Positions 39,742 through 49,548 of a DNA stretch of 64,000 nt are shown here, piece by piece. The DNA comes from an uncultured delta proteobacterium. GTDB taxonomy: Bacteria > Desulfobacterota > Binatia > UBA9968. The position numbers and the translations under genes are program-made. Location: NCBI GenBank assembly GCA_963737905.1, contig CAVTUQ010000026.1, positions 224,001 to 288,000 of the forward strand, in the 5' to 3' direction. The notes under the pieces are model-generated. The model made no database searches. It was not told the origin of the DNA and worked only from the letters and a program-made list of their open reading frames with translations. Every line of letters begins with the position of its first letter. The first letter of the stretch is position 1.

Positions 39742-41454
39742 TCATTTCTTGAAAGAGACAATCAGATAAGCGGGGGCCGACTTCGAAGCGAAGTCGCCCT
39801 GGCCCACGACTATGACGGTGTACGTTCCCGCTTCCTTGATGGCCTGTTGCGGGACCGTCGCCTCGATTTCCCCGGCGCTGACGAAGCGAGTTTCCAGCTC
39901 TTTGCCGTTGAGGGTAACCTTGTGAAAGCGATCGAAGCCTCGGCGAGCGGAGACCTTGACCTTGAGGATCGCGGTGGAGCCTTGAGTAATAGCGTGCGGC
40001 GAAATCTCGATGTCTCGCGGCGTCGCCCGCCACGGACGAATGTTTGGAATCGGGTTCTTGTAATCCGCATGAAAGTCGCTATCGGCGACCTCGCCGTTCA
40101 GGACGACCAGTTTCACGTTCTGAACCGCCCACATGTCTTTTAGGGGATCCCCCTCCACGGCGATCAAGTCGGCGACCTTTCCCGGTTCCACGGTGCCGAA
40201 GTCCTTGTCCTTGCGGAATGCCTTGGCGACGTTGATCGTCGCTGCTTGAATGGCCTGCATAGGCGTCAAGCCGGCTTCGACGAACATAACCATTTCTTGA
40301 TGGACCCCGAGGGCGGGCAGTCCGTTATTCGGGTCCGATCCGGCCCTGATGATACCGCCGGCTCGTACGAACCGCGCGATGAAATCGGCAATCTTGCTGT
40401 AGCCCTCGCGAGTCCGTTTAAGGCGATCGGCTGGAAACTTTGCGTAGCGATCGTACTGTCTCAGGGTTTGTTCGCGCATCACCGCCGGCAAGTATGCCGC
40501 GCTGGGATTATCTAGAATCGACAATTCTCTTTCCTTGAACCGCTCGGCGCTCGGCGAGAGCGGACGAAACCAGGTGGCGATGGTCGGACTCCAAGAGACC
40601 TTTTTTTCCGCCATCGCTTTGATGATCTTGTCGAAGTTCTCCGGTTCGTAATAAAAGGCGACGTCCGCCGTATTGATCTTGCCGGTCATGCGGAGCTCGT
40701 GAACTTCCCAACGCTTTTTGACATCCGCGATGGAAGTCATTCCGGGCGCCCAGTGATGCTCAACGCCGGCGAACCCCGCTTCCGCTGCAAGAAAAACATC
40801 GAGACAGTGACAGGTTACAGGAAGACCAAGCCGGTTGGCTTCCTCCGCGCCCGCTTTGATCGCCTCGGGGGAGACGTATTCGTTGAACTTGATGATCTCA
40901 ATGCCCGCTTCCTTCTTTTTTCGGACGATCGCGCGCGCATCTTCAGGACTCTTGATCAGGTAACCGCTCTCAGTGCGCAACGCCCAAGGCGGCGGCGGTC
41001 CGACCAGGCGCGCTCCCGTCGACCAGATGCGCGGGCCGCGGATCTTACCGAGATTGGTTCCATCGCGCTGGGCCATGGTCCACTCGTCATCGTTTTGCGT
41101 GATGTCCGGACAGGTGGTGATGCCGAGATGCAAGTAGAGCTCACCGACAAAATCGAGCAGATGGCAGTGGCCGTCAATGAGGCCCGGAAGAATTGTCTTT
41201 CCTTTCACGTCAATGATACGGCTTCCCTTTGGAACTGCGACCGCGCCACGCTTCCCGACCGCCTTGAACCGATTGCCTTCGATGACGATAACCGCGTCCT
41301 CCAGCGGAGGCCGGCCGGTTGCGTCGATGAGTGTTCCACCCTGAATGACCAGCGGTGTCGCGTTCTGCGCTTCGCTCCGCGCCGGGAGCAGCCAGACGAG
41401 TATGGAGATGAGGAGCACTGTGTCCAGCCATCTTAAACGATCGCGAATTTCCAT
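39742..41454 (-). CDS. Secreted amidohydrolase with C-terminal Ig-like (IPT/TIG) domain
   Basis: Signal peptide; 'PGLIDGHCH', 'GSD', 'GTVEPGKVADL'; C-terminal 'VTLNGKELETRFVSAGEIEATVP'. Confidence 0.85.
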   Translation of the reverse strand: MEIRDRLRWLDTVLLISILVWLLPARSEAQNATPLVIQGGTLIDATGRPPLEDAVIVIEGNRFKAVGKRGAVAVPKGSRIIDVKGKTILPGLIDGHCHLLDFVGELYLHLGITTCPDITQNDDEWTMAQRDGTNLGKIRGPRIWSTGARLVGPPPPWALRTESGYLIKSPEDARAIVRKKKEAGIEIIKFNEYVSPEAIKAGAEEANRLGLPVTCHCLDVFLAAEAGFAGVEHHWAPGMTSIADVKKRWEVHELRMTGKINTADVAFYYEPENFDKIIKAMAEKKVSWSPTIATWFRPLSPSAERFKERELSILDNPSAAYLPAVMREQTLRQYDRYAKFPADRLKRTREGYSKIADFIARFVRAGGIIRAGSDPNNGLPALGVHQEMVMFVEAGLTPMQAIQAATINVAKAFRKDKDFGTVEPGKVADLIAVEGDPLKDMWAVQNVKLVVLNGEVADSDFHADYKNPIPNIRPWRATPRDIEISPHAITQGSTAILKVKVSARRGFDRFHKVTLNGKELETRFVSAGEIEATVPQQAIKEAGTYTVIVVGQGDFASKSAPAYLIVSFKK

Positions 41455-41499
41455 GGGCGATTCTCCTGAATGGGTTTGTTGTTCGTCTGGCCAGGGACC

Positions 41500-42474
41500 T
41501 TACTTGTAAACGGAATCGATGAAGCCGCTGCGCTCGAGCTGGTCCACCAAGGAGGTGTCCACAAAACTCTCTGGCTTCGGCGTTGGAGTTTTGTCTTTGA
41601 GCTGGTTCTCGATCATAAACTGAATAGCTTTCATGGAAGGGCGCGGAACCTTTTGCAAGGTCGGCGCATAATCCTGCCAGGTTCCTTCCAATAGCTCATC
41701 TTCGGTGATCTTGCCGTATTTCCCCAAGACACGCTTGCTGTATTCCTTGTCGGTTCGATAGCGATGCATGCCGCGGATGAATCCACGCATGAAGCGCATG
41801 ACGGTATCGCGCTGCTGGGCGATAAAAGATCTCGTGGTGATCACGGTGCCGTTCACGTCCTCGAAGCCGAGGTCGGCAAACTTCACCAGCTCTCGCATTC
41901 CCAGTTGGGCCGCCTTGGGGTAAAGCGGGTAACTGAGAGCTGCGACTTGTACAGCCCCGTTCTGCAATGCCGCGAAAGCTTCAGGCTGGGCGCCAAAAGT
42001 GAGAATCGCGACATCTTTAGTCGGCTCCAAACCGAAATGCTTCAAAGCTATCCGCACGACCTGGTCGGAGGTGGAACCGAAGGTGGTAATGCCTGCTCTC
42101 TTCCCCTTCAAGTCCGACGGCTGTTTAATTTCGGGCCGAGCCATCAATCGAAAGGGCGAAACTCTCCCGGTGGCGGCGATGATAACGACGTCGCTGCCGG
42201 CGCCTGTGGCCGCTATGGCAGCCGATGCTCCTGCTTGAATGATCGGCGCGCTGCCTCCGAGCATCGCAGCCACCATTCGGGTGCTCCCACCCACACGGAT
42301 CAGTTCGACATCCAGTCCTTCCGAAGCAAAATAGCCGGCTTCCTTGGCGACCCAAGCAACGGCCCAAGTGCCGGCAAAGCTCGGGTACAAAACACGCATG
42401 GAGATCGCAGCGCCAAAGCCTTGGGATGGAAATGCACTGATAATAAGCGCCAACAATGTTATGAGTCGCAGCAT
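41500..42474 (-). CDS. ABC substrate-binding protein, NitT/TauT-like
   Basis: 'GYFASEGLDVELI', 'DLKGKRAGITTFGSTSD'. Confidence 0.88.
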   Translation of the reverse strand: MLRLITLLALIISAFPSQGFGAAISMRVLYPSFAGTWAVAWVAKEAGYFASEGLDVELIRVGGSTRMVAAMLGGSAPIIQAGASAAIAATGAGSDVVIIAATGRVSPFRLMARPEIKQPSDLKGKRAGITTFGSTSDQVVRIALKHFGLEPTKDVAILTFGAQPEAFAALQNGAVQVAALSYPLYPKAAQLGMRELVKFADLGFEDVNGTVITTRSFIAQQRDTVMRFMRGFIRGMHRYRTDKEYSKRVLGKYGKITEDELLEGTWQDYAPTLQKVPRPSMKAIQFMIENQLKDKTPTPKPESFVDTSLVDQLERSGFIDSVYK

Positions 42475-42635
42475 ATGTCACCCTCGCAATTGTATGTCTC
42501 ACGCGCGCGCTTCGGCCGGAAGCCCCCAAGCCGATGCATGGGTAAACTATCCGAGGAATTCATCTATCGTCAACCCAAAACGTGGACAGGGCGTAGCTTT
42601 GAGATATCGCACACCGAGGACAGGGGAGGATGGGG

Positions 42636-43037
42636 CTACTTGAGACGGAACTTATCGACGAGTTTCTTATTGTAGTTCCGTACCGAAGGGAGGGACATAG
42701 AACGACGCTTGAGCATATCCAGCCGGATCACTTTCGACTGGATCCTCTTTGCAAGGGCCCGTCGCTCATCATCGTCCTCGACATGCTTGAGCAAATCTTC
42801 GAGGGTGTGGATGTCCTTTAACAGTTCCGCTTCGGGAGGCAGGACGTGGGCGTTCTTGAGAATATGGTAGCCGATGCGTAGATCTTCAGGCACCCAGCTC
42901 AAGTCCTCGAGATGCAGCGGCTTTCCCTTGCCCGGAAGGTTATCGAACGCGCCCGTTCTCTGGGCCTCAAGAATACGTTGTTCGGCAATTCTTTGAAAGA
43001 TGGGAACCGCGCCTGTTGGTTGTGGTGACCTTTTCAT
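42636..43037 (-). CDS. DUF1992 domain protein
   Basis: 'IAEQRILEAQRTGAFDNLPGKGKPL...LKNAHVLPPE'. Confidence 0.85.
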   Translation of the reverse strand: MKRSPQPTGAVPIFQRIAEQRILEAQRTGAFDNLPGKGKPLHLEDLSWVPEDLRIGYHILKNAHVLPPEAELLKDIHTLEDLLKHVEDDDERRALAKRIQSKVIRLDMLKRRSMSLPSVRNYNKKLVDKFRLK

Positions 43038-43053
43038 CTCGCTGCTCGCTATG

Positions 43054-43092
43054 GGTTCAAGCCGTTCAACCGTTCCAATCGTTCAAGCCGTT
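43054..43092. repeat. GTTCAA repeat cluster
   Basis: GGTTCAAGCCGTTCAACCGTTCCAATCGTTCAAGCCG. Confidence 0.7.
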
Positions 43093-43169
43093 TGAAGTTT
43101 GGCTTCCAAGTTATCCCTTATCTTTCACTTCTTCCGGAGGTCTCACGTGACGAAACATAAGAAAAAAGG

Positions 43170-43382
43170 CTACGTCGTTGACCAATTGTAACCCGCCGCC
43201 GATAAGGTAAGCAATGCGCTGCTGATGTAGGCAACGGAAAAGATGATTCCCACGTTACGTCGAGTAACCGAAACCGGTCGAGATAAGATGGCGAAAACAA
43301 CATTCAGGTAGGAAAACGCGAAGGCCCTCACGCCGCGTGAAGCCATCAGAACGACTACGTCCCGTTGCAAGCCGGCAAACAT
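43170..43382 (-). pseudogene. Truncated, degenerate MFS transporter N-terminus
   Basis: 'LMASRGVRAFAFSYLNVVFAI' and 'VGIIFSVAYISSALLT' resemble MFS TM1-2; the frame then collapses. Confidence 0.55.
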
Positions 43383-43390
43383 AACGGTCG

Positions 43391-44353
43391 TTAGCTTTTG
43401 TTCGTGGCGCGGTATCTTTCCCGCTCGAGATCGAGTTCGGTCTTGGTGCCGATGGCATGCAGCGCGTCGTTGGCCGCTTCGAGGGACGAGGTTTCGAGCA
43501 CGGCTTGTGCGGGTCGCGAGAGGGTATCAAACAATTTCCTCGTAGAGAGGAAAAATGTGAGGGCGGTGAGCGGCGTCAGCTTGACGGTTCTTTGGTCGCT
43601 GCGGATTTTACTTTCTCCCCAAGCGCCATAGAAGCATTGGACCGGAATGGCGCTGGCCTCGGTGGAAACGGTTTTGACGACTTCTGCCAATTCAGCCGCG
43701 ACTCGCGGCGTCAGCGAAGTGGTACCGAGCCACGCGCCGGCTTCCGCTAACTTGCTCAGCGCCCGTTCGATTTCATCCACCGTCAATTCGCCATCGCTGC
43801 CATAGCCGAAGACAGCCCAGAGAGTGCGGTGCCCGCGTTTTTCCAACTCGGCGTATGCCGCGAGCATGATGGCATCTGCCAGGGGGCTCCGCAGTCCGGG
43901 CTCGCCGCCTTGAGCCAATGAGTCCCCGCCGACGTCGAGCCCCACGAGAAGGTCGGTCTTGAATTCTTTGATAGCGACTTCCAGTCCATCCACCACGCCA
44001 TTCACGCCACCGTTGATATCGACCAGCAGAACTTCTTTGCCATGGACCGCCGCCATCTTCGACTCGGCAAAAAAGACTCCTGTCTTGGTTTGACTTTTTG
44101 GGTTTGCCATCCAGACACGGGGATGGAGCGCGCGGACGTTCTCGACTTCGCCGAGCGTCCGGGGGCCGGGAACCGGGTCATAGACCGAACGTTCCCACGA
44201 AAGACCCCCGAGGATGAATTCCAAGCCGCAGAACTCCAAGAACCGAGCCGCCCCGAGCGCGCCGACGACATCGCCGCCGCCGCCCACTCCGATCACCAAT
44301 GCGCGTGACGAGGCGCGAATGAGATTCTCTAGGGACTGTGAATCCGAACTCAT
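43391..44353 (-). CDS. DUF1152 family protein
   Basis: 'GVGGGGDVVG', 'LDVGGDSLA', 'LRSPLAD', 'GYGSDGEL'; ATGA overlap with the upstream VOC gene. Confidence 0.8.
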   Translation of the reverse strand: MSSDSQSLENLIRASSRALVIGVGGGGDVVGALGAARFLEFCGLEFILGGLSWERSVYDPVPGPRTLGEVENVRALHPRVWMANPKSQTKTGVFFAESKMAAVHGKEVLLVDINGGVNGVVDGLEVAIKEFKTDLLVGLDVGGDSLAQGGEPGLRSPLADAIMLAAYAELEKRGHRTLWAVFGYGSDGELTVDEIERALSKLAEAGAWLGTTSLTPRVAAELAEVVKTVSTEASAIPVQCFYGAWGESKIRSDQRTVKLTPLTALTFFLSTRKLFDTLSRPAQAVLETSSLEAANDALHAIGTKTELDLERERYRATNKS

Positions 44354-44904
44354 CGAGGGATGTGGGTGTCCTGTCCCGGCACAGGGTTGGCTATCGCTTC
44401 TTCCAACGATCTTACACCGTGCCACTCATCGGACGGGCGCACGCGGCCGTCGCTGCCCACCTGATCGACGCCCCAGTAGATCTCTACGCTATGATTATCC
44501 GGATCGCGGAATTCAACGGCGATCTGACAGCCGGCGCGGCGGCGGCCGTCGAAATCGATCTTTACCTTGTGAGCGCGCAGGCGATCTCGCGCGCGGACAA
44601 CTTCGGCCAGGGTGGGTACCTCGAAGGCGAAATGATGTAGCTCCCTGTTCGCGGCTTGTTCCTTGGCGGCGCCCACCAATGCCAGGCAGTGATGATCAGT
44701 GTCGCAGCGCAAAAAAACCATACCCCCCGGCATCATCTCCTCGGGATAGACATCGGACACTTTGAAACCCAGAACCCGGGTGTAAAAGGCGGTGGATCTT
44801 TCCAGGTCGCTTACCTGCAAGACGATATGGCCTAGTTTCCTGATATGAAACTCCATTCCCTTGGGAGGCGCCATACTTTTTAGTTTGTCTACATTGACAG
44901 CCAA
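44350..44904 (-). CDS. VOC / glyoxalase (extradiol dioxygenase-like) family protein
   Basis: AAGGAGG RBS before TTG 44904; 'LGHIVLQV', 'DHHCLAL', 'LHHFAFEV', 'FRDPDNHSVE'. Confidence 0.85.
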   Translation of the reverse strand: MAVNVDKLKSMAPPKGMEFHIRKLGHIVLQVSDLERSTAFYTRVLGFKVSDVYPEEMMPGGMVFLRCDTDHHCLALVGAAKEQAANRELHHFAFEVPTLAEVVRARDRLRAHKVKIDFDGRRRAGCQIAVEFRDPDNHSVEIYWGVDQVGSDGRVRPSDEWHGVRSLEEAIANPVPGQDTHIPR

Positions 44905-44950
44905 GATTACTCCTCCTTTCGAGCGAAGCAGGCCGGACGGTGTAGAGTAT

Positions 44951-45739
44951 TTATTTCGGCATGAGACCGTTGGCACGTAAGAACTCGATAACAAAATCAT
45001 CGAAACCGGCCGGATCTTCGATGCAGCAGGCGTGCCCGGTCTTGGGCAGAATCTTGTGGACTGCGCCGGGGATCAATGATGCCGTTTTCTTGCCGGCGGC
45101 AAGCGAGTTGTCGTACTCGCCGTTGATAACCAATGTTGGAACCCTCATGCCTCCGAGGCGAGAAGTCATGTCGGTTCCGCCACGGGCGCGAAAAATCTGC
45201 CCGATGGATTCTCCGCTGAGCCATGGATCTCTTTCGACAAAAGTGTTGAGAAGATATTTGCCCAGTTTTGTTTCAGGAAAATCGGGAGCAACGAGTTCTT
45301 TCAAGTGCTGGATATGATAGGTCTCGATGCCGATTTTGGTGTAGCCATGAATACGCCCCTCAATACTTCCGGCACCGGCGCTATTGCCGCCTACAAGGAC
45401 CAAAGCTTTGAACATCTCCGGATGATCCAACCCTAGCAAAAGCGCCATTCCTGAGCCGACGCTCACGCCGCCGATAATCGCTTCTTTCACTTCTTCGTCC
45501 CGGCAAACTCCCAGGACGTCGTCGGCCATCTCATTGAGGCTGAATGGTGTCGTTGGCTTGTCGGAGCGGCCATAGCCGCGAATGTCGATGGCAATGACTT
45601 TGAAGTAGGTCGAGAAGTGAGCGATCTGGTACATCCAGAGGTTGTGGTCGAAGGGGTTGGCGTGGATCATGATAAACGGCAAGCCTTCGCCGGAAATTTC
45701 ATAGTAGATTCTGATGCCGTTGGCGGTGCTGTAGGGCAT
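44951..45739 (-). CDS. Alpha/beta hydrolase (PcaD/MhpC-like)
   Basis: 'DIRGYGRSD', 'GVSVG', 'GEYD', 'GHACCIE'. Confidence 0.88.
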   Translation of the reverse strand: MPYSTANGIRIYYEISGEGLPFIMIHANPFDHNLWMYQIAHFSTYFKVIAIDIRGYGRSDKPTTPFSLNEMADDVLGVCRDEEVKEAIIGGVSVGSGMALLLGLDHPEMFKALVLVGGNSAGAGSIEGRIHGYTKIGIETYHIQHLKELVAPDFPETKLGKYLLNTFVERDPWLSGESIGQIFRARGGTDMTSRLGGMRVPTLVINGEYDNSLAAGKKTASLIPGAVHKILPKTGHACCIEDPAGFDDFVIEFLRANGLMPK

Positions 45740-45754
45740 GGCTAACTCGGTAAA

Positions 45755-45876
45755 GGTTCAAGACGTTCAACCGCTTCACTCCGTTCAAACCGTTCCAATC
45801 GTCTCGGGCAGACGCTGGCCTTTTGATTTCTTCCAACGGTTTGAACGACTTGAACGGTTTGAACCGTTTGAACGAG
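45755..45876. repeat. GTTCAA repeat cluster with inverted arm
   Basis: Direct GTTCAA units at 45755-45802 and TTGAAC units at 45838-45875. Confidence 0.75.
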
Positions 45877-45884
45877 TTCAGTAT

Positions 45885-46592
45885 TTAGCTCGCCGTGCGT
45901 GGCCGCTCTTGCCGGAGTTGTTCCTTCACTTCTTCCAGCTTCATCACGTCGGAATATTTGTGATGCAGGTCGAACAGATTCACCTTGTGAGAAAGGGGGC
46001 TCCGGTCGAAGACGCACTCTTCGACGATCGATACGTGATAACCCAATGAGTAAGCATCAACGCAACTGGCGCGCACGCAGCCGCTGGTGCTTTCGCCGCA
46101 GACGATGAGGCTGTCGATGCCCAATTGGGTAAGATGAGCCACCAGCGGCGTACCGAAAAATCCACTCGCACGTTCTTTGAAGATGACCACGTCGCCCGGT
46201 TCGGGTTTGAACTCTTCCTTGATCTCGAACGCTTGGGGATCAATCTTCACCCGCTGGCGGTTAGTTGCATAGATCGTGTCCGGTTTCGCTTCTTTGCGAG
46301 TTTCGGTGGTGGTGTAGAAAACCGGAATCTTGAGCGAGCGCGCCAGGGCGAAGAGTTCCTCTGTCGGCTTGATGGCGTTGTGGGCATAAATGCCGCAAGA
46401 ACTTTTATGCGTCTTGACCAGTTCGTGCGGTTCCTTCGGTCCACCTTCGTAAGCGAGATTGTAGAGGTCGATGGCCAGGAGCGCGGGCCGCTGGCCGACG
46501 TAGGTCTCGCGATGATAGGGTGTGTAGGTCTCGAGAATTTCCGGTGTCACGATATCCTTCCAGCAGTGGTCTTCAAAGTTTTCGATGGTCAC
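45885..46592 (-). CDS. Isochorismatase / maleamate amidohydrolase-like cysteine hydrolase
   Basis: 'ALLAIDL', 'KERASGFFGT', 'GESTSGCVRASCVDA'; GGAGG RBS before GTG 46592. Confidence 0.9.
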   Translation of the reverse strand: MTIENFEDHCWKDIVTPEILETYTPYHRETYVGQRPALLAIDLYNLAYEGGPKEPHELVKTHKSSCGIYAHNAIKPTEELFALARSLKIPVFYTTTETRKEAKPDTIYATNRQRVKIDPQAFEIKEEFKPEPGDVVIFKERASGFFGTPLVAHLTQLGIDSLIVCGESTSGCVRASCVDAYSLGYHVSIVEECVFDRSPLSHKVNLFDLHHKYSDVMKLEEVKEQLRQERPRTAS

Positions 46593-46694
46593 GATGAACC
46601 TCCTAGTGTTGTTCGTGGGTGAAAAAGCTGCTGTCACCCGCGGGAAGGATCCATCTAACTTTAGCCTCCTAGAGTTGTCAAGGCAGCTGTTTGT

Positions 46695-48041
46695 TTGCAT
46701 AGCCTTCCAATATCCGTTACTTTTCAAAGTTCAATCTCACTCCACCACGGACCAGCCTTGGCTTCTGACAGCACGACAATAAACGGAGAAACTTCCGCGG
46801 TTTCGCATAAGAGAGTCGCTTTTGCGGCTTTGCAACATCGTGACTTCCGTAGGTTTTTTGTCACCACCATGCTGGCCATGATGGCGGACAACATCGAACA
46901 TGTTATCAGCTACTGGTTGTTGTTTCAGAAATTTCACTCGCCGGTGTTGGCGGGCTTCGCCGACATCAGTCACTGGGCGCCATTTTTGTTGCTTTCGGTC
47001 TATTTTGGCGGGGTCGCGGACCGTTACGATTGCCGGAGACTCATTCAGTTAGCGCAGATCATGTACATGGCCGTGTCAGTGGCGTGGGCGGTTCTATTCT
47101 ATACTCAAACCATTCAGATATGGCATGCGTCGGTTCTGCTCGTTCTTCACGGGATTGCCGGAGTTTTGTGGACTCCCGCCGAACAGCTCATCATCCATGA
47201 CATTGTGGGAGCGGAGCATATTCAAAGCGCGGTGCGACTCAACGCGACCAGCCGCCAGCTCGGCATACTTTTCGGTCCGGCAGTGGGCGCAGGTTTGATG
47301 TTGCTGCTGGGACCCTCCATGGCTCTTTTAGCGAACGCGCTCATTTATTTGCCGATGACGCTGTGGTTGCTCGTGGTCCCATACACGGGACACCTCCGCG
47401 AGGGGGCGCCGCCAAAGCGAGCCATCGGCTGGAAGGATGCCATCAGTGTGGTCCGTGAGGTTTGGCACCATCGCCCGATCATTACGATGGTGATTTTGGG
47501 AGGCAGCGCGTCGTTGTTCGTCGGCAACGCGTTTCATACGCAGATGCCGGAGTTCGCTCATGACCTCGGCGCAGGCAAGGCGGATTTCACCTACAGCGCC
47601 TTGCTGGTAGCCAGTGCGGCCGGAGCTGTTTTTGGCGGCTTCTTGCTCGAAGGGAAGGGCTGGCTTAAAGCGAACGTCCGGACCGCGATCACCTGCGCCA
47701 TGATGTGGTGCGCGTTGATCACGGCGTTTGCGTTCTCCAGGAACTATTTTTTCTCGCTGGCGCTCTTATTTTGCGCCGGGATCTTGAGTCTCTCCTTTTA
47801 TTCGACCGCGCAAGCGATCGTACAGCTGCTTGCGCCGGCCCATCTGCGCGGTCGGCTTATCGGACTTTTCAGTATGTCCGCCTTCGGGTTGCGAGCTTTT
47901 AGCGGAGTGACTGTTGGGGTCGTCGGCGGATGGATTGGGATTCACTGGTCCCTGGCCATCAGCGCGATGGCATTGATGACGGTGACCTTTGCGTTATTCG
48001 CGTTTGCCGCTCCCGCGCGCGGTGGCGGTGAGTTTAGTTGA
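46695..48041 (+). CDS. MFS transporter (paralog 1; true start probably near 46758)
   Basis: About 12 hydrophobic segments; 'GGVADRYDCRR', 'LRGRLIGLF'. Confidence 0.88.
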   Translation: MHSLPISVTFQSSISLHHGPALASDSTTINGETSAVSHKRVAFAALQHRDFRRFFVTTMLAMMADNIEHVISYWLLFQKFHSPVLAGFADISHWAPFLLLSVYFGGVADRYDCRRLIQLAQIMYMAVSVAWAVLFYTQTIQIWHASVLLVLHGIAGVLWTPAEQLIIHDIVGAEHIQSAVRLNATSRQLGILFGPAVGAGLMLLLGPSMALLANALIYLPMTLWLLVVPYTGHLREGAPPKRAIGWKDAISVVREVWHHRPIITMVILGGSASLFVGNAFHTQMPEFAHDLGAGKADFTYSALLVASAAGAVFGGFLLEGKGWLKANVRTAITCAMMWCALITAFAFSRNYFFSLALLFCAGILSLSFYSTAQAIVQLLAPAHLRGRLIGLFSMSAFGLRAFSGVTVGVVGGWIGIHWSLAISAMALMTVTFALFAFAAPARGGGEFS

Positions 48042-48143
48042 AACACTGCGCCACGCTCGCCGCCAAAAGGTGCGTGGTCCTGATCTTCATTTGCACCCCT
48101 ATAGTTTATCCGTTACTCTACCGAGTTAATCTCAACGAAGGTA

Positions 48144-49439
48144 GTGACAACCATGGCATCAACCGCCAACGAAGTAAGTCAAGACAATGCAATCGGCTCC
48201 GGAAAAAAAATCGCCTTCGCCGCGCTCCATCACCGGGATTTCCGTATTTATTTCGTCGCGACGATGCTTGCGATGATGGCCGATAACATCGAACACGTCA
48301 TCAGCTATTGGCTCTTATATCAGAAATTTCATTCACCTGTGCTTGCCGGGTTTGCCGTGCTTGTGCACTGGACGCCGTTTTTGGTTTTTTCGGTTTATTT
48401 CGGCGCTATGGCTGACCGCTATGATTGCCGGAAAGTCATTCAAATTGCGCAGATCATGTATATGGGAGTATCGGCAGCATGGGCGTTCTTATTTTTTACG
48501 GACACCATCGAAATCTGGCACGCCTGCGTGCTGTTGACTATTCACGGCATGGCCGGCGTGCTTTGGGCACCGGGCAGCCAATTACTGATTCATGACATCG
48601 TTGGCTCGGAGCAATTGCAAAGCGCGATACGGCTTAATTCCACGAGCCGGCAAATGGGAGTCCTGTTCGGTCCGGCCGTGGGCGGCGCCCTGATGCTGCT
48701 TTTGAGCCCGCCGATGGGGCTGGTGGTGAATACCCTTATCTATTTGCCACTGACCCTGTGGTTGCTGACGGTGCCTTATACCGGCCATAGTCGCGAACGC
48801 GCGGCGCCGGCAAGACGAGCCATCGGTTGGCGCGACGCTATCGATGTCATCCGCGAAGTTTCTGGAAACCGGCCGATCATTACCATGGTTGTATTGGCCG
48901 GCTGCGTGTCATTTTTTGTCGGCAGCGCGTTCCAAGCAACCATGCCCGAGTTTGCGCACGATCTGGGTTCGGAGAAAGCTGACTTGGCCTACAGCGCGCT
49001 TCTCGGTGCCAATGCCGCAGGGGCGGTGATCGGCGGGTTCATGCTCGAGGGACGCGGCTGGTTTCCGCCGCGGGTCAGTACCGCGATGATCAGCGCGATC
49101 CTGTGGTGTCTCGCGATCACTGGATTTGCGCTCTCCACTAGCTATTATTTGTCGCTGCTGCTTCTCTTCACGGCTGGAGTGTTGAACCTGACCTTTTCCT
49201 CCATGGGGCAGACAATCGTGCAACTCCTATCGCCGCGCGAGCTTCGTGGCCGTCTCATTGGCTTGTTCGCCATGGCCAGCATGGGGCTGAAAGCGTTTAG
49301 CGGCGTCACGGTGGGTGTAGTGGGGGGATTGATCGGCGTGCACTGGTCGCTGGCCCTGAGCGCAATGGTGCTGCTGGCTATCACAGTCGCATTGTTCGCC
49401 TTCACGATTCCCGGACATCGACAAGGGGAATTCGGCTAA
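48144..49439 (+). CDS. MFS transporter (paralog 2)
   Basis: 'AFAALHHRDFR', 'DNIEHVISYW', 'ADRYDCRK'. Confidence 0.9.
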   Translation: MTTMASTANEVSQDNAIGSGKKIAFAALHHRDFRIYFVATMLAMMADNIEHVISYWLLYQKFHSPVLAGFAVLVHWTPFLVFSVYFGAMADRYDCRKVIQIAQIMYMGVSAAWAFLFFTDTIEIWHACVLLTIHGMAGVLWAPGSQLLIHDIVGSEQLQSAIRLNSTSRQMGVLFGPAVGGALMLLLSPPMGLVVNTLIYLPLTLWLLTVPYTGHSRERAAPARRAIGWRDAIDVIREVSGNRPIITMVVLAGCVSFFVGSAFQATMPEFAHDLGSEKADLAYSALLGANAAGAVIGGFMLEGRGWFPPRVSTAMISAILWCLAITGFALSTSYYLSLLLLFTAGVLNLTFSSMGQTIVQLLSPRELRGRLIGLFAMASMGLKAFSGVTVGVVGGLIGVHWSLALSAMVLLAITVALFAFTIPGHRQGEFG

Positions 49440-49457
49440 CAGGCCGAGCGTTGAAGC

Positions 49458-49485
49458 CGTTCAAATAGTTCAAGCCGTTCAAATT
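49458..49485. repeat. GTTCAA repeat cluster
   Basis: CGTTCAAATAGTTCAAGCCGTTCAAAT. Confidence 0.7.
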
Positions 49486-49548
49486 GTTCTACACGAGCCT
49501 CGCCCTGACGCCCGGCGATTTGTGCCTTTATCACAATTCCAAGAAAAG

